Below are positions 9,334 to 19,400 of a DNA stretch of 34,427 nt, in pieces. The DNA comes from a virus (taxonomy: Duplodnaviria; Caudoviricetes). Position numbers and translations under genes: made by a program. Each line of letters begins with the position of its first letter. Within the stretch, counting starts at the first letter, position 1. The stretch is from positions 1 to 34,427 of IMG/VR virus record IMGVR_UViG_3300020400_000019. One strand, 5' to 3'. The notes under the pieces were generated by a model. It did not search any database. It was not told the DNA's origin and worked only from the letters and a program-made list of their open reading frames with translations.

Positions 9334-9656
9334 TGCCTGCCAAAAGAAAATCTACTAAAAGGTCTTATAAGACTCCTGCATGGCAAAGAAAAGCAGGTAA
9401 GAATCCTAAAGGTGGATTAAATGCTAAAGGTAGAGCATCTGCTAAGAGGCAAGGTAGTAATTTAAAACCACCTCTTAGCAAAGGCACTAGTCCAAGAAGA
9501 GTAAGTTTTGCTGCAAGGTTTGCAGGAATGAAAGGCCCTATGAAAGACTCAAAGGGTAGACCTACAAGAAAAGCATTAGCTTTAAAAAAGTGGGGATTTA
9601 GTTCTGTTGCTGCAGCAAGAGCATTTGCAAATAGACATAAAAAGAAAAAAAAGTAG
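9333..9656 (+). CDS. Highly basic small phage protein (probably DUF6321-like)
   Basis: AWQRKAGKNPKGGLNAKGR...RRVSFAARF.GMK...ALKKW pattern recalled from aquatic phages; K/R-rich. Confidence 0.65.
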   Translation: MPAKRKSTKRSYKTPAWQRKAGKNPKGGLNAKGRASAKRQGSNLKPPLSKGTSPRRVSFAARFAGMKGPMKDSKGRPTRKALALKKWGFSSVAAARAFANRHKKKKK

Positions 9657-9663
9657 GAATACT

Positions 9664-9843
9664 ATGCCAAGAAAAAAGAAAAAGAAAGGCTTGTATGCAA
9701 ACATACATGCAAAACGTAAACGAATCAAAGCTGGTAGTGGTGAAAAAATGAGAAAACCCGGATCTAAGGGTGCACCAACTGCAGCAAATTTTAAACGAGC
9801 TGCTAAAACAGCTAAGAAAAGAAAGCCAAGGAAAAGGAGATAA
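9664..9843 (+). CDS. Highly basic small phage protein
   Basis: Start moved to ATG 9664 behind AGGA; GLYANIHAKRKRIKAGSGEKMRKPGSKGAPT motif recalled from marine phages. Confidence 0.7.
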   Translation: MPRKKKKKGLYANIHAKRKRIKAGSGEKMRKPGSKGAPTAANFKRAAKTAKKRKPRKRR

Positions 9844-9845
9844 TT

Positions 9846-10007
9846 ATGCCTTACGGAAAAGGAACATATGGTTCTAAAAAAGGTAGACCACCAAAGAAAA
9901 AGAAACCGGCTAAAAAGAAAGGTAAGTCAATGCTTACTAAAAAGCAAAAGACATTGCCTAAAAAACTTCAACGTATGATTGTTAAATCAAAAAAGAAGAA
10001 GAAATAA
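9846..10007 (+). CDS. Lysine-rich small protein (53 aa, absent from ORF track)
   Basis: AGGAG RBS; hand translation MPYGKGTYGSKKGRPPKKKK...KSKKKKK. Confidence 0.7.
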   Translation: MPYGKGTYGSKKGRPPKKKKPAKKKGKSMLTKKQKTLPKKLQRMIVKSKKKKK

Positions 10008-10009
10008 TA

Positions 10010-10408
10010 ATGCCTAGGTTTGGAAGAAGAAGTAAACAAAGATTGCAAGGTGTTGATGCTAGACTTGTTAATGTTCTTAATGAAGTTGTTAAATACTTTG
10101 ACATTACTGTAATAGAAGGTCTTAGGAGTCAGGAAAGACAAAATGAACTGGTTGCTAAAGGTCTAAGTAAAACAAAGTATGGTAAGCATGTACAAGGCAA
10201 AGCAGTTGATATTTCGCCATATCCGATAGATTGGGATGCTAGGGATGACTTCCATTACCTTGGTGGTTTTGTGCTTGCTACAGCAGCTTCTATGGGCATT
10301 AAGATACGTTGGGGTGGAGATTGGAACGCTAGTTCTTTGTATAAAGGTAAACGTACAACAAAAGATAATAAGTTTGACGATCTTGTACATTTTGAATTGT
10401 TGGATTAA
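10010..10408 (+). CDS. Endolysin, peptidase M15 (L-Ala-D-Glu peptidase type)
   Basis: EGLRS.ERQ, KH..GKAVD, RWGGDW and D..HFE zinc-peptidase motifs. Confidence 0.9.
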   Translation: MPRFGRRSKQRLQGVDARLVNVLNEVVKYFDITVIEGLRSQERQNELVAKGLSKTKYGKHVQGKAVDISPYPIDWDARDDFHYLGGFVLATAASMGIKIRWGGDWNASSLYKGKRTTKDNKFDDLVHFELLD

Positions 10409-11170
10409 ATGAAAAGAGCAATAGTTATACCAGATCAACATTTTCCTATACATGACGAAGATGCAGTCAATGTAACTCTTCAAGCTATAGAATACATAAA
10501 ACCAGAAATATTTATTAATCTTGGTGACGTAGGAGAATGGAATAGTGTATCTGCATGGAGATTTAAAGGTAAGCGGTTACCTAATCTTGAACATCAGCTT
10601 ATAGATGTAGATAAAGAAATTGAAGCTGTTAATGCTGGTATAGATATGTTTGACAAATCCTTAGATAAAATAAAGTGTGAGGAGCGATACATTCTTGCAG
10701 GAAACCATGATGAATGGCTAGATCATTTTGTTGATAAACATCCATACTTAAAAGGTTACAGATTTAGAGATGCATGTAAATGGAAAGAACGTGGTTATAA
10801 ATATTATGCATATAATAAACCTTTAAAGTTGGGTAAAGTAAACTTTATACATGGAGCTTACGCTACAACATACCATGCTAAAAAACATCTAGAAGCTTAT
10901 GGATCAAACATAGTCTATGGACACACTCACGATATTCAGAGACATAGTTTGACTAAATTAGATTCTGGTACAATTGCAGCATGGTCTATGGGTTGTTTAA
11001 AAGATATGTCACCGGGTAAAAACAAATGGTTAAAAGGTAGATTGCATAACTGGAATCATTGTTTTGGTATTGTAACATTCTTTGATAGACCAAAAGGTAA
11101 CTTTCAGATAGAACAGATAGAAATTGTAAAAGGTCAATGTACGCTATGGGGAGAACAGTTTAATGCCTAA
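10409..11170 (+). CDS. Calcineurin-like metallophosphoesterase
   Basis: DQH, LGD, GNHD, HG and GHTH motifs in canonical order. Confidence 0.9.
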   Translation: MKRAIVIPDQHFPIHDEDAVNVTLQAIEYIKPEIFINLGDVGEWNSVSAWRFKGKRLPNLEHQLIDVDKEIEAVNAGIDMFDKSLDKIKCEERYILAGNHDEWLDHFVDKHPYLKGYRFRDACKWKERGYKYYAYNKPLKLGKVNFIHGAYATTYHAKKHLEAYGSNIVYGHTHDIQRHSLTKLDSGTIAAWSMGCLKDMSPGKNKWLKGRLHNWNHCFGIVTFFDRPKGNFQIEQIEIVKGQCTLWGEQFNA

Positions 11171-13727
11171 ACGAATTTTACAATTAAATGATTTTAGTGG
11201 CGGTCTTAATGTGGAAAGAGATATAGCTGATATTGCAAACAATGAAGTAGGTGTAGCTGAAAATGTTATGTTCAATATCTATGGAGGTGTGCAACCATCT
11301 TACAGTATGAATCAAACTGCTAATAAGGTTACTGCATATCAAAGCTCAAATATACAAACAGTAGAACCCGGATATGGTCTTGGTTACTTTGAAACAGATA
11401 GAGTTAGAGATGCTCAAACTATTGCAGTAACAACTAACATACAAGGTGTAGTAAACATTACAGATGGTTCTGTAACTGGAACTCCTAATGGTTTTGTTGG
11501 ATTAAAGCATAATACAGGTGGAGAGTATAAAGAGTTAATGCATTATGCTAGTGGTTCACAAGTAAATCTAACAACCAGTTTTTCAATAGGAACTATTATA
11601 AAAATAGTAGGTGTTAGTTTTACTGGTGCTGTTATGACACAACAAGGACAAGGTTTGTATACTGTTGTAGAACACAATGGTAATAATTTAATATTAAATA
11701 GAAAAATAAGAATAACCCCCGGAGAACCTCCTAATAATAATAACCAAACATTTTGGGGAGCTACTATTACAGGTCACAAAATGGGTGACAACTTAATATT
11801 CTTAGCACATCCTTCTGTACATAAAGTAGATGTGTTTTCTACAGATGCTAGTGCTTGGCAAACTAATGCGATAACATTAAGAAATAGTGCTAGTGGTACT
11901 AATTCTAAAATGTTATTTATAAAAGGTGGAGACAATATACGTTCTATAGACACTGCAGATAAAAATGACAGCACTATTCAATGGTATGGTTTTATACAAA
12001 AAGAACATTTTAGAGATTTATCTAATACAAAAACATCTGATACTCAATCAATTACAGGGTATTTTGCAAGAAATAATAAATTAAGTAGACCAACAGAAAC
12101 TACTCTTAGTTCTGCTATAGCTGCTAATACTAATGCTATAGGTAATAACACTAGTTATCCATCAGCAGATGCAGGTTTTAGACTAAAGGTAACTACTGTA
12201 CAACAAGATGGAGCTATACCTAAAGGAACTAAAGTAGACCCAGATGGAAGTAGTGATACATATGAGTATGAATTTGCATCATCATTTATATATGATGGTA
12301 ATCAAGAATCATTACTAACAAAATATTCTACTACACATAATACAGGAGATAATGATTTAAAACAATTAGCAATAAACATTACTGTTAAAGCACCTTTTAC
12401 TGAAGGAAGAAGAGTAACAGGTGGTAGGATATATGCAAGACCTGTAGATAGTGATGATGAATTTATTATGGTATTAGACATACATTTAACTAAAGGGTGT
12501 AGAACAAAATTATCTGATGATTATACTAAATGGCATGATGCAGGAAGCAATCAATACAATTGTCCTACTGCTACAGGGTCAGGTGACTTTATAATATCTG
12601 AGTTTGGTTTACTTACGTATGAAGTGTTAAATGGTTTTTCATCAAGTATATATAGTAATTATATAGGCGAAGCAGGTGAACATTTTAAAGATGCAGTTGT
12701 TGCAAACAACAGAGTTTTTGTATGCAATGTAACTATGGCAGATGAAGATACAGGTATAGACAAAGCAAACTCTTTTGATAATTCAATATTAAAGTCTTTT
12801 CCTGATAGGATTATGTATTCGATGCCTAATCGTTTTGATACGTTTCCGTATCATAATTTTATAGAAGCTGCTAAAGCAGATGCAGATGTGTACGTAGCGT
12901 TAGAAGCATATGCAGATAGGTTGTTAGCATATAAAAATAAAAGTTTAGATATAATTAATATATCAGGAGATGATCGTAATTGGTTTCTAGAAGACAGTAA
13001 ACAGTATCAAGGTGTATTACATCCAGAAGCTGTAAAGAAAACACAATATGGAGTTATATGGGTAAACAAGCAAGGACTTCATATGTACAATGGTCAAACA
13101 ATAGTTAATCTAAAAGATAACAAAATAAGTGACACTGTATGGGAAGCTCATGTAACAAACCTTTCTAGTATTATATATGATGAACAAGAGTCTATGGCAT
13201 TTGTTATAAAGAACATGAGCAATAATGGCGATGCTTATATGGTTGATTTACGTAAAGGCAACTTTACTTTAATTAAAAACTTTGTAAATGTTGCTAATGA
13301 TGGAGTAACAAACTCTGTAGATACAGATAGTAATAACACACTTCTTGCTGCAGATACTGGAAACAATGTAGATGTTTATCAGTTTAATAGACAGGTAGTT
13401 GCAGCAGTTAGCAAACTAACAACAAAGGCATTTGATTTTGGTAGTGTGCATCAAGTTAAAAAAGTATATGCAATACATGTTACTTACAAATCAGATCAGG
13501 TATTAACAGGTAAGTTTTCTCTATTAGAAGAAGATGGTACTAGTACACCTTTAAGTGGTACAGTTGCATCTGCTACAAGCAATTGGGCAAAAGTAAAACT
13601 TACTCCGTCAGCACCAGTTGTATGTAATAAACTATCAGTAAAATTAGATAGTACATCAACAAGTGCTAAAGTGTATATTAATGATATTGGAATAGAGTAC
13701 AGAATCATTCATAAGAAAGGTTCATAA
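11163..13727 (+). CDS. Tail nozzle / stabilisation protein (P22 gp10 / T7 gp12-like)
   Basis: N-terminal DFSGGLN...I..NE...AENV; beta-propeller-like C-terminal half; TKAFDFG...KK near the end; precedes the ejection-type genes. Confidence 0.7.
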   Translation: MPKRILQLNDFSGGLNVERDIADIANNEVGVAENVMFNIYGGVQPSYSMNQTANKVTAYQSSNIQTVEPGYGLGYFETDRVRDAQTIAVTTNIQGVVNITDGSVTGTPNGFVGLKHNTGGEYKELMHYASGSQVNLTTSFSIGTIIKIVGVSFTGAVMTQQGQGLYTVVEHNGNNLILNRKIRITPGEPPNNNNQTFWGATITGHKMGDNLIFLAHPSVHKVDVFSTDASAWQTNAITLRNSASGTNSKMLFIKGGDNIRSIDTADKNDSTIQWYGFIQKEHFRDLSNTKTSDTQSITGYFARNNKLSRPTETTLSSAIAANTNAIGNNTSYPSADAGFRLKVTTVQQDGAIPKGTKVDPDGSSDTYEYEFASSFIYDGNQESLLTKYSTTHNTGDNDLKQLAINITVKAPFTEGRRVTGGRIYARPVDSDDEFIMVLDIHLTKGCRTKLSDDYTKWHDAGSNQYNCPTATGSGDFIISEFGLLTYEVLNGFSSSIYSNYIGEAGEHFKDAVVANNRVFVCNVTMADEDTGIDKANSFDNSILKSFPDRIMYSMPNRFDTFPYHNFIEAAKADADVYVALEAYADRLLAYKNKSLDIINISGDDRNWFLEDSKQYQGVLHPEAVKKTQYGVIWVNKQGLHMYNGQTIVNLKDNKISDTVWEAHVTNLSSIIYDEQESMAFVIKNMSNNGDAYMVDLRKGNFTLIKNFVNVANDGVTNSVDTDSNNTLLAADTGNNVDVYQFNRQVVAAVSKLTTKAFDFGSVHQVKKVYAIHVTYKSDQVLTGKFSLLEEDGTSTPLSGTVASATSNWAKVKLTPSAPVVCNKLSVKLDSTSTSAKVYINDIGIEYRIIHKKGS

Positions 13728-13915
13728 TGGATAGAGTATCAAGATTTATTAACAATAAAAAACAAGATAAGATACGTGTAGTAAACTCACAACCATCTAT
13801 ACAGTCTATGAGAGAAGGTGAAGAAGTATTGTTCTTTACTAAAGATGGAAAGCTTTCTAGGTATAGAAAAGAACGTGGTCAGCTATGGCGATCAGATATG
13901 GTTAAAGCAGGATAA
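13727..13915 (+). CDS. Small virion-module protein
   Basis: 62 aa, TAATG-coupled to the nozzle gene. Confidence 0.6.
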   Translation: MDRVSRFINNKKQDKIRVVNSQPSIQSMREGEEVLFFTKDGKLSRYRKERGQLWRSDMVKAG

Positions 13916-13924
13916 GAGGTAGTT

Positions 13925-14845
13925 ATGTCAATAGAAAATTTATTTTTAACACAACAAATGAGAGAAACTCAAAGAAATCTTGAGAATCGTTTAGAAGAAG
14001 AAGAAGCTAGACAAAGAAAAGGTGGTCTTTTCAGTTCTGTTGGAAGTGGTTTAGGCGGATTTTTAGGAGGCATTGGTGGAACAATGTTAGGTGCAGCACT
14101 AGCTCCTATAACTGGTGGTTTAAGCTTAGCTGCTACTGCTGGTTTAACAGGGCTAGGTGCTACAGCAGGGTCACTTGCAGGTTCTAGAGTAGGATTAGAA
14201 TTAGGAGATGGCAAGCGATCTGATGCTGTTGATTTAGGAATGAATAGAAGTGCTGTAACAGGTGAAGAAAGAGAATTTGGTCAAGACATAAAAGATAGAT
14301 ACAGAAGAGGAATAAATGATTTTCAAGACTCTCTAAATAATAGAATACTATCAAGTGCTTTACAAACAGGTATTAAAGCAGCAGCATTTGCTTATGGTGG
14401 TGGAGCGTTAAATAAACCTACAATGGCAGAAGGCACTGTTGTAGATGCATCAGGTAATGTAGTGGATATTCCTAAAGCTAATATAGCTGGTGCACAAGCA
14501 TATCAACCTGCAAGTATGGGTGGTTCAGCAAGGATTAATGCTAGTCAATTGCCTGCACCTAGTGTAGCTCCTAGAGTTAATCCTTCACTTACTACTACCA
14601 CTGCTCCTGCAATAACTACAGCAAAACCACAACCAACTAATTTATTTGATCAGGCTATGATATCTCAACCTGATTTACCTGCAATGTCTAATCCTACTGT
14701 AGGTCAAGTTTTTGATAACTTTTCTAGACAAGCAGAATTAGCTCAGTTTCCTAATTCATTTACTGGGCCTTTAGCTAATAACATTCTACCTAATCAAAAC
14801 AATCAACTTTTTAATTATATAACAGATTTTAGAGGGAGACCCTAA
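13925..14845 (+). CDS. Ejection / DNA-pilot protein
   Basis: GAGG RBS; long Gly/Ala-rich hydrophobic segment plus low-complexity P/T/Q tail, typical of podoviral internal proteins. Confidence 0.6.
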   Translation: MSIENLFLTQQMRETQRNLENRLEEEEARQRKGGLFSSVGSGLGGFLGGIGGTMLGAALAPITGGLSLAATAGLTGLGATAGSLAGSRVGLELGDGKRSDAVDLGMNRSAVTGEEREFGQDIKDRYRRGINDFQDSLNNRILSSALQTGIKAAAFAYGGGALNKPTMAEGTVVDASGNVVDIPKANIAGAQAYQPASMGGSARINASQLPAPSVAPRVNPSLTTTTAPAITTAKPQPTNLFDQAMISQPDLPAMSNPTVGQVFDNFSRQAELAQFPNSFTGPLANNILPNQNNQLFNYITDFRGRP

Positions 14846-15486
14846 TGGCACATTCACCATATCATTTTGACTGGAACGTTACACCGTCAGGTTTAGAACC
14901 ACCTGCTAGCACAGAATCACCTGAACAATTTTTAGAAGAGTTTTCTAATATTACTGTAGATGGATTAAGAGACGAAGATCGAATATTTTTACCAAATATG
15001 GGTCAGATGAAACAAAACATAGCTATGTCTAGATTTGGATTAGGAAATGCTATGGCTGCACAAAAATTAGCTGGCACAAATAACCTTATAAATATGACTG
15101 CTGGAATTGGTGTTAATAGTATGGGGGAAGGTTTTGGTAGAAGACAGTCAGCTTTAACACAGGGGTTTAGAGACTTTAATCAACAACAACAAGCACAGCT
15201 TCAACAAAATATAGCAAGTTTTAGATCAGATGTTTTAGGTGAACAATTTCGTACTCAAGATGCATTAACTACAGCTTTAGGCAACTTAATACAAAGCGGT
15301 GAAAATGATGATTTAACCGTTACACCTTCTGGGCCACCTCTTCCTTCCTTTACTACAGTTCCTACAGATTATCAAGGAGATTCAATTCTTGTAAATGGAA
15401 CTAGATTACTTTGGACAGGATCAGGGTATGCTCTTGCTAATATGCCAAACGTAAATAGACCGATTTATTCGGGTACTGGTGGTTAA
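14845..15486 (+). CDS. Putative ejection protein
   Basis: Q/G/N-rich, Cys-free, helical; within the internal-protein cluster. Confidence 0.5.
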   Translation: MAHSPYHFDWNVTPSGLEPPASTESPEQFLEEFSNITVDGLRDEDRIFLPNMGQMKQNIAMSRFGLGNAMAAQKLAGTNNLINMTAGIGVNSMGEGFGRRQSALTQGFRDFNQQQQAQLQQNIASFRSDVLGEQFRTQDALTTALGNLIQSGENDDLTVTPSGPPLPSFTTVPTDYQGDSILVNGTRLLWTGSGYALANMPNVNRPIYSGTGG

Positions 15487-15512
15487 ACAATAAAATTAAA
15501 TAGGAGTTAATT

Positions 15513-16052
15513 ATGGCAGTAGATCCAGCATTAGTAGGCTTTGATGTAGTAAATACATTACAAGATACATTACTTAATTATGTAATGGCTAATAGAAGAA
15601 TGCAACAACAAGACAGACAGTTCAGAACTCAAATGGATTTTCAACGAGATCAATTAAAAGATAGTAGAGAAAGATTTGATATTACTACTGCTTTTAGAAC
15701 TAGAGCAGAACAAGATGCTTTAAATGCTCGTAAAGCTGATAAGGCTTTTGCATCTAGTTTATTAAGAGAAAAACAAAGTAAAGAAGAGTTTGCTGATTAT
15801 CAAAGAAAAATGAAAGAATATGCAAATATTAGAGAAGAAGGAGATTTTAATCCTTTTAAAAATGAAGAAGATTATATGGAAGAATTTAGGGAAATAACTC
15901 CTGAGTTTCCTGTTTATAGAGCAAATAAACTTCCTTCTTTTTATAGTGGTTTACCTAGCTTTGGCTTAGACTATTTATTACGCAGTGAAACTAATCCTGA
16001 GCAAATACTTTTTAATGCTCAGATGCAAAACTTAATACAAAAAGGACAATAA
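15513..16052 (+). CDS. Putative ejection protein (coiled coil)
   Basis: AGGAG RBS; Q/R/E-rich coiled coil, Cys-free. Confidence 0.5.
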   Translation: MAVDPALVGFDVVNTLQDTLLNYVMANRRMQQQDRQFRTQMDFQRDQLKDSRERFDITTAFRTRAEQDALNARKADKAFASSLLREKQSKEEFADYQRKMKEYANIREEGDFNPFKNEEDYMEEFREITPEFPVYRANKLPSFYSGLPSFGLDYLLRSETNPEQILFNAQMQNLIQKGQ

Positions 16053-16053
16053 A

Positions 16054-16494
16054 ATGGATCCAATGTTAGTACTACAATTAATAGATAATTATAATAGAAA
16101 CCCTCAAAGATACACAGATGAAGAAGCAGAGTTTATAGCTATGCTATCTAAACAAATGGGTGCAAGTTTTAAAAGAGAAGATAAATCTATTCGCAAAGGT
16201 TTGTTTGATCTTGTTGATACTGCTGTATTAGGTGCTATACCTAATACTTTAAGACCACGTTCTAGGGGTGAATCTGTTTATGGTGAAACAGGTATGGAAA
16301 AGTTTACTAGTGGTGCAGGTTCTTTACTTGGGTTAGCAGGTGGCTTAATAGGTGGATATGGTGCAGCAAGAGGAATTATAGGTTCTGGTGTACCACAACG
16401 TGCAGGTAGAGGTATCATCAATTATGGAAGAAATACTATGGGTAGAATGAATCCATTTTTAGGCATAGGTAATGTAGGTACTATTATAGGATAA
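16054..16494 (+). CDS. Putative ejection protein, paralogous to the N-terminus of the giant protein
   Basis: Shares V..L...Y...P...TD, G..FKR and PR..GE with aa ~9-85 of the next ORF; Gly-rich hydrophobic segment. Confidence 0.55.
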   Translation: MDPMLVLQLIDNYNRNPQRYTDEEAEFIAMLSKQMGASFKREDKSIRKGLFDLVDTAVLGAIPNTLRPRSRGESVYGETGMEKFTSGAGSLLGLAGGLIGGYGAARGIIGSGVPQRAGRGIINYGRNTMGRMNPFLGIGNVGTIIG

Positions 16495-19400
16495 TGGCAT
16501 CTCCTTATGAATCTTATAAAGTACGTGAGTTAGTAACAGCGTACCGATCAGATCCTACTATGTTTACAGATGATCAATTAGATCAACTGGAAGCATTAGC
16601 TTACGATAATGGAATAAACTTTAAACGTATTAATAGTGAGTTTAATCTAAATAGAGCTGTAAGACAGGCACAAGCAGGTTTTATAGAAGGGTTTAGTACC
16701 TTTGATTTAATACCTGAATCTCCTAGAAACACAGGAGAAGCTATCTTTAGACAGTTAGGACACCTTGCAGGATTTGCACCGGGTATATTAAAAGCTCCTG
16801 TAATGGGTCTATCTAAAATAGCACAAAGAGTAACTGGAAAGAAAACACGTAACCAGTTTACTGAATCTGTCTTAGAAGGTATTGGTGTTTTAGATAGATA
16901 TGCTGCACCTATGATAGCTAGTAGAGGAGCTAAGACTGCATTTAATGCTACAATAGATAAGGTGGGTGGAAGAACGTTAGAGTTTATGAAAAGAGGTTCT
17001 TCTGGTAGAGCTATTGCAGAAGAAGCTATTGGTTTAGGTACTGCAAGTGCCTTAAGCAACATTTGGAAAGGTGAAGATGCTATTATAGATGGGTTTATTG
17101 GTGGAGCAATAGCAGGTGGAGCGTTTGGCACTATAGGTAATTTTGCATCTATAGGTAATCGGTTAAGTGCTGGTAGAACACCCCAACAAATAGAAAGTGC
17201 TAATCAAGCATTACGTGGATTATTGGGTAGTGCCTTTCAAGGACTACCTTCTACATTAAGAAATGAACCTACAGAAATGCAGATATATAATTATTTGTTA
17301 GGTGGATTTTTTGGTTACAATGCTAGACCAGCAAAAGATATAGAAGCATCAAAGTGGTTATCTAAGAATAGAGACCCATCAGAAAGTTTTACTCCAGAAA
17401 GATCAAGTGATTGGAATACTATTAATAAAGAAGCTAGAGACTATATTACCTATGAGCACCCTATGGGATTCCAAAGATCTAATAATGAAACAGGTGGTAG
17501 CTCTGGAATAGCTCTTGGTTATTTAAAAAATCAGAATCCTAATCGTAATTATAGACAAGATGCTGAAACTCATTTTAAAAGGAATAATATAAATTATACT
17601 GAAAAAGACATTAATGACTTTTACAGAAACAAAGCAACTGAAGTATATCAAGCTAATGTAGAACGAGTACAAGATTCTATAGTGCTTTCTAAAAGCATAC
17701 CCAATCAAGAAATGGTAGACATGATGGATCCTGCTATCAAGCCTATTGTAGATTTAAACAACATTTCTAGAAACATTTTAAAGGCTAACAAAGACTACAA
17801 AACAAACTTAGAAGTTGGCGATATAATTGTAAAGACTGGTCAGTCTATAAATAAAGACGTTAATCAATTTATTAGTCAAATAAAGCAAAACTTTACTATA
17901 AATAAAAATATCGAAAAGAAACTAAAGAATTGGTATCATGAGTCTAGTAAAGTATTTCAACCAATGCCTTTAATGACTATTGATGGTAATAATATATCTG
18001 TAAAAGAAATAACTAAAGAAAGAATTAATAATGTAAGTATAGGTGAAAAAACTCCTGAACTTTTGCCAATACAAATAATACATCCTAAAGGTAATATTCA
18101 AATGATAACTCATGTTATCAAGGATAACATACCTGTTAAAATATTTAAACAGTCTAAAAATCCTGTTGAGCAAATAGAGTATGCATTGAATAAAAAAGAT
18201 TTAGGATTAATTAATTCTAAACTAGGTGAATTAGACTCGTATATATTTAGTGGAAATAAAGATAAGTTAACTGCAGTAAAAGCAAATTTTAGAGATGGTA
18301 ATTACACTATAAATGAAGTATTGGATGTATTAAGTAGAGGTAACGTAAGTAGATCAGAACTTCAAAATAAGTATGATAACTATGTTGCAAGAGAAAAAGA
18401 AATATTTGGTGACACACCTGCTACAGTAGAGTTAGCTCCAAGAAAGTTTATATCTAATATAATATATAGATTAGAACAGTCTAATTTACCATTTGAACAA
18501 GCATATAGGTTAATTGAGAAAGATAGTCCTTATGCTATTGATCCTGTAAACTTTAATAAACGTATACAATTATTATTGTCCAGAATGGAACCAATGCATA
18601 TATCTAGTTTTAAAGATGTACCTTTTAGTAATGAAGGTAAGGTTCAAAGAATATTAATTGTAAAAGATCCAGAAGTACCTTTTGAAGGTGGTTCTACTAT
18701 AAATAAAACTGACGGATCTCAAATGGTGTTGCCAGAAGTTTTAAAAGCAGAAGCAGAATTTATAGGATTAGATCCTAAAGTAACAGGTTCTAATAAGCCT
18801 GTTATTGTATTTAGAACAGAAAATGGTTTACTGGCAACTAAATCCAATGGTCAAGAAATGTTACCTGCTATGGAAAAGTTTGCTAGAGATAATAATATAC
18901 ATAGAATCTTTTTTGAGTCTTCTGTGAAACTTATGGACAACAATCGTCAGTTTATTACTGATTTAAAATACGATCCTAAAAAAGGAAGTTATTCAGCAGA
19001 TAATATAAGAACTATTGAGGTTCCTACAGAGGCTGTACAAATAAGTAGAAGCACCTATGAAAACTTACCTAAAGATGTAAATGGTACAACTATAGCGTTA
19101 CAAGCATATAATAATATGAATCTTGTACAAGGAGATAGAACGTTTTCAAAGCTATGGTTTGAACAGGTTATTGAACCTTCATTAAAAGGAACTACAGGTG
19201 CTAATGAATTAACATCTATTAAAGATTCTAAAGAGTTTATAAAAAAGTATGATGAACTAAATATGAACATAGAACATATGCCATATGAGTTCATGAAGCA
19301 AAAGCTATTAAAACAAAGACCAGATGATATATCCATATTTTTAGCAGATAGAATAATGAAGGCTGAACGTGAAGGACAGCTTAATGATCCAATGTCTGAA

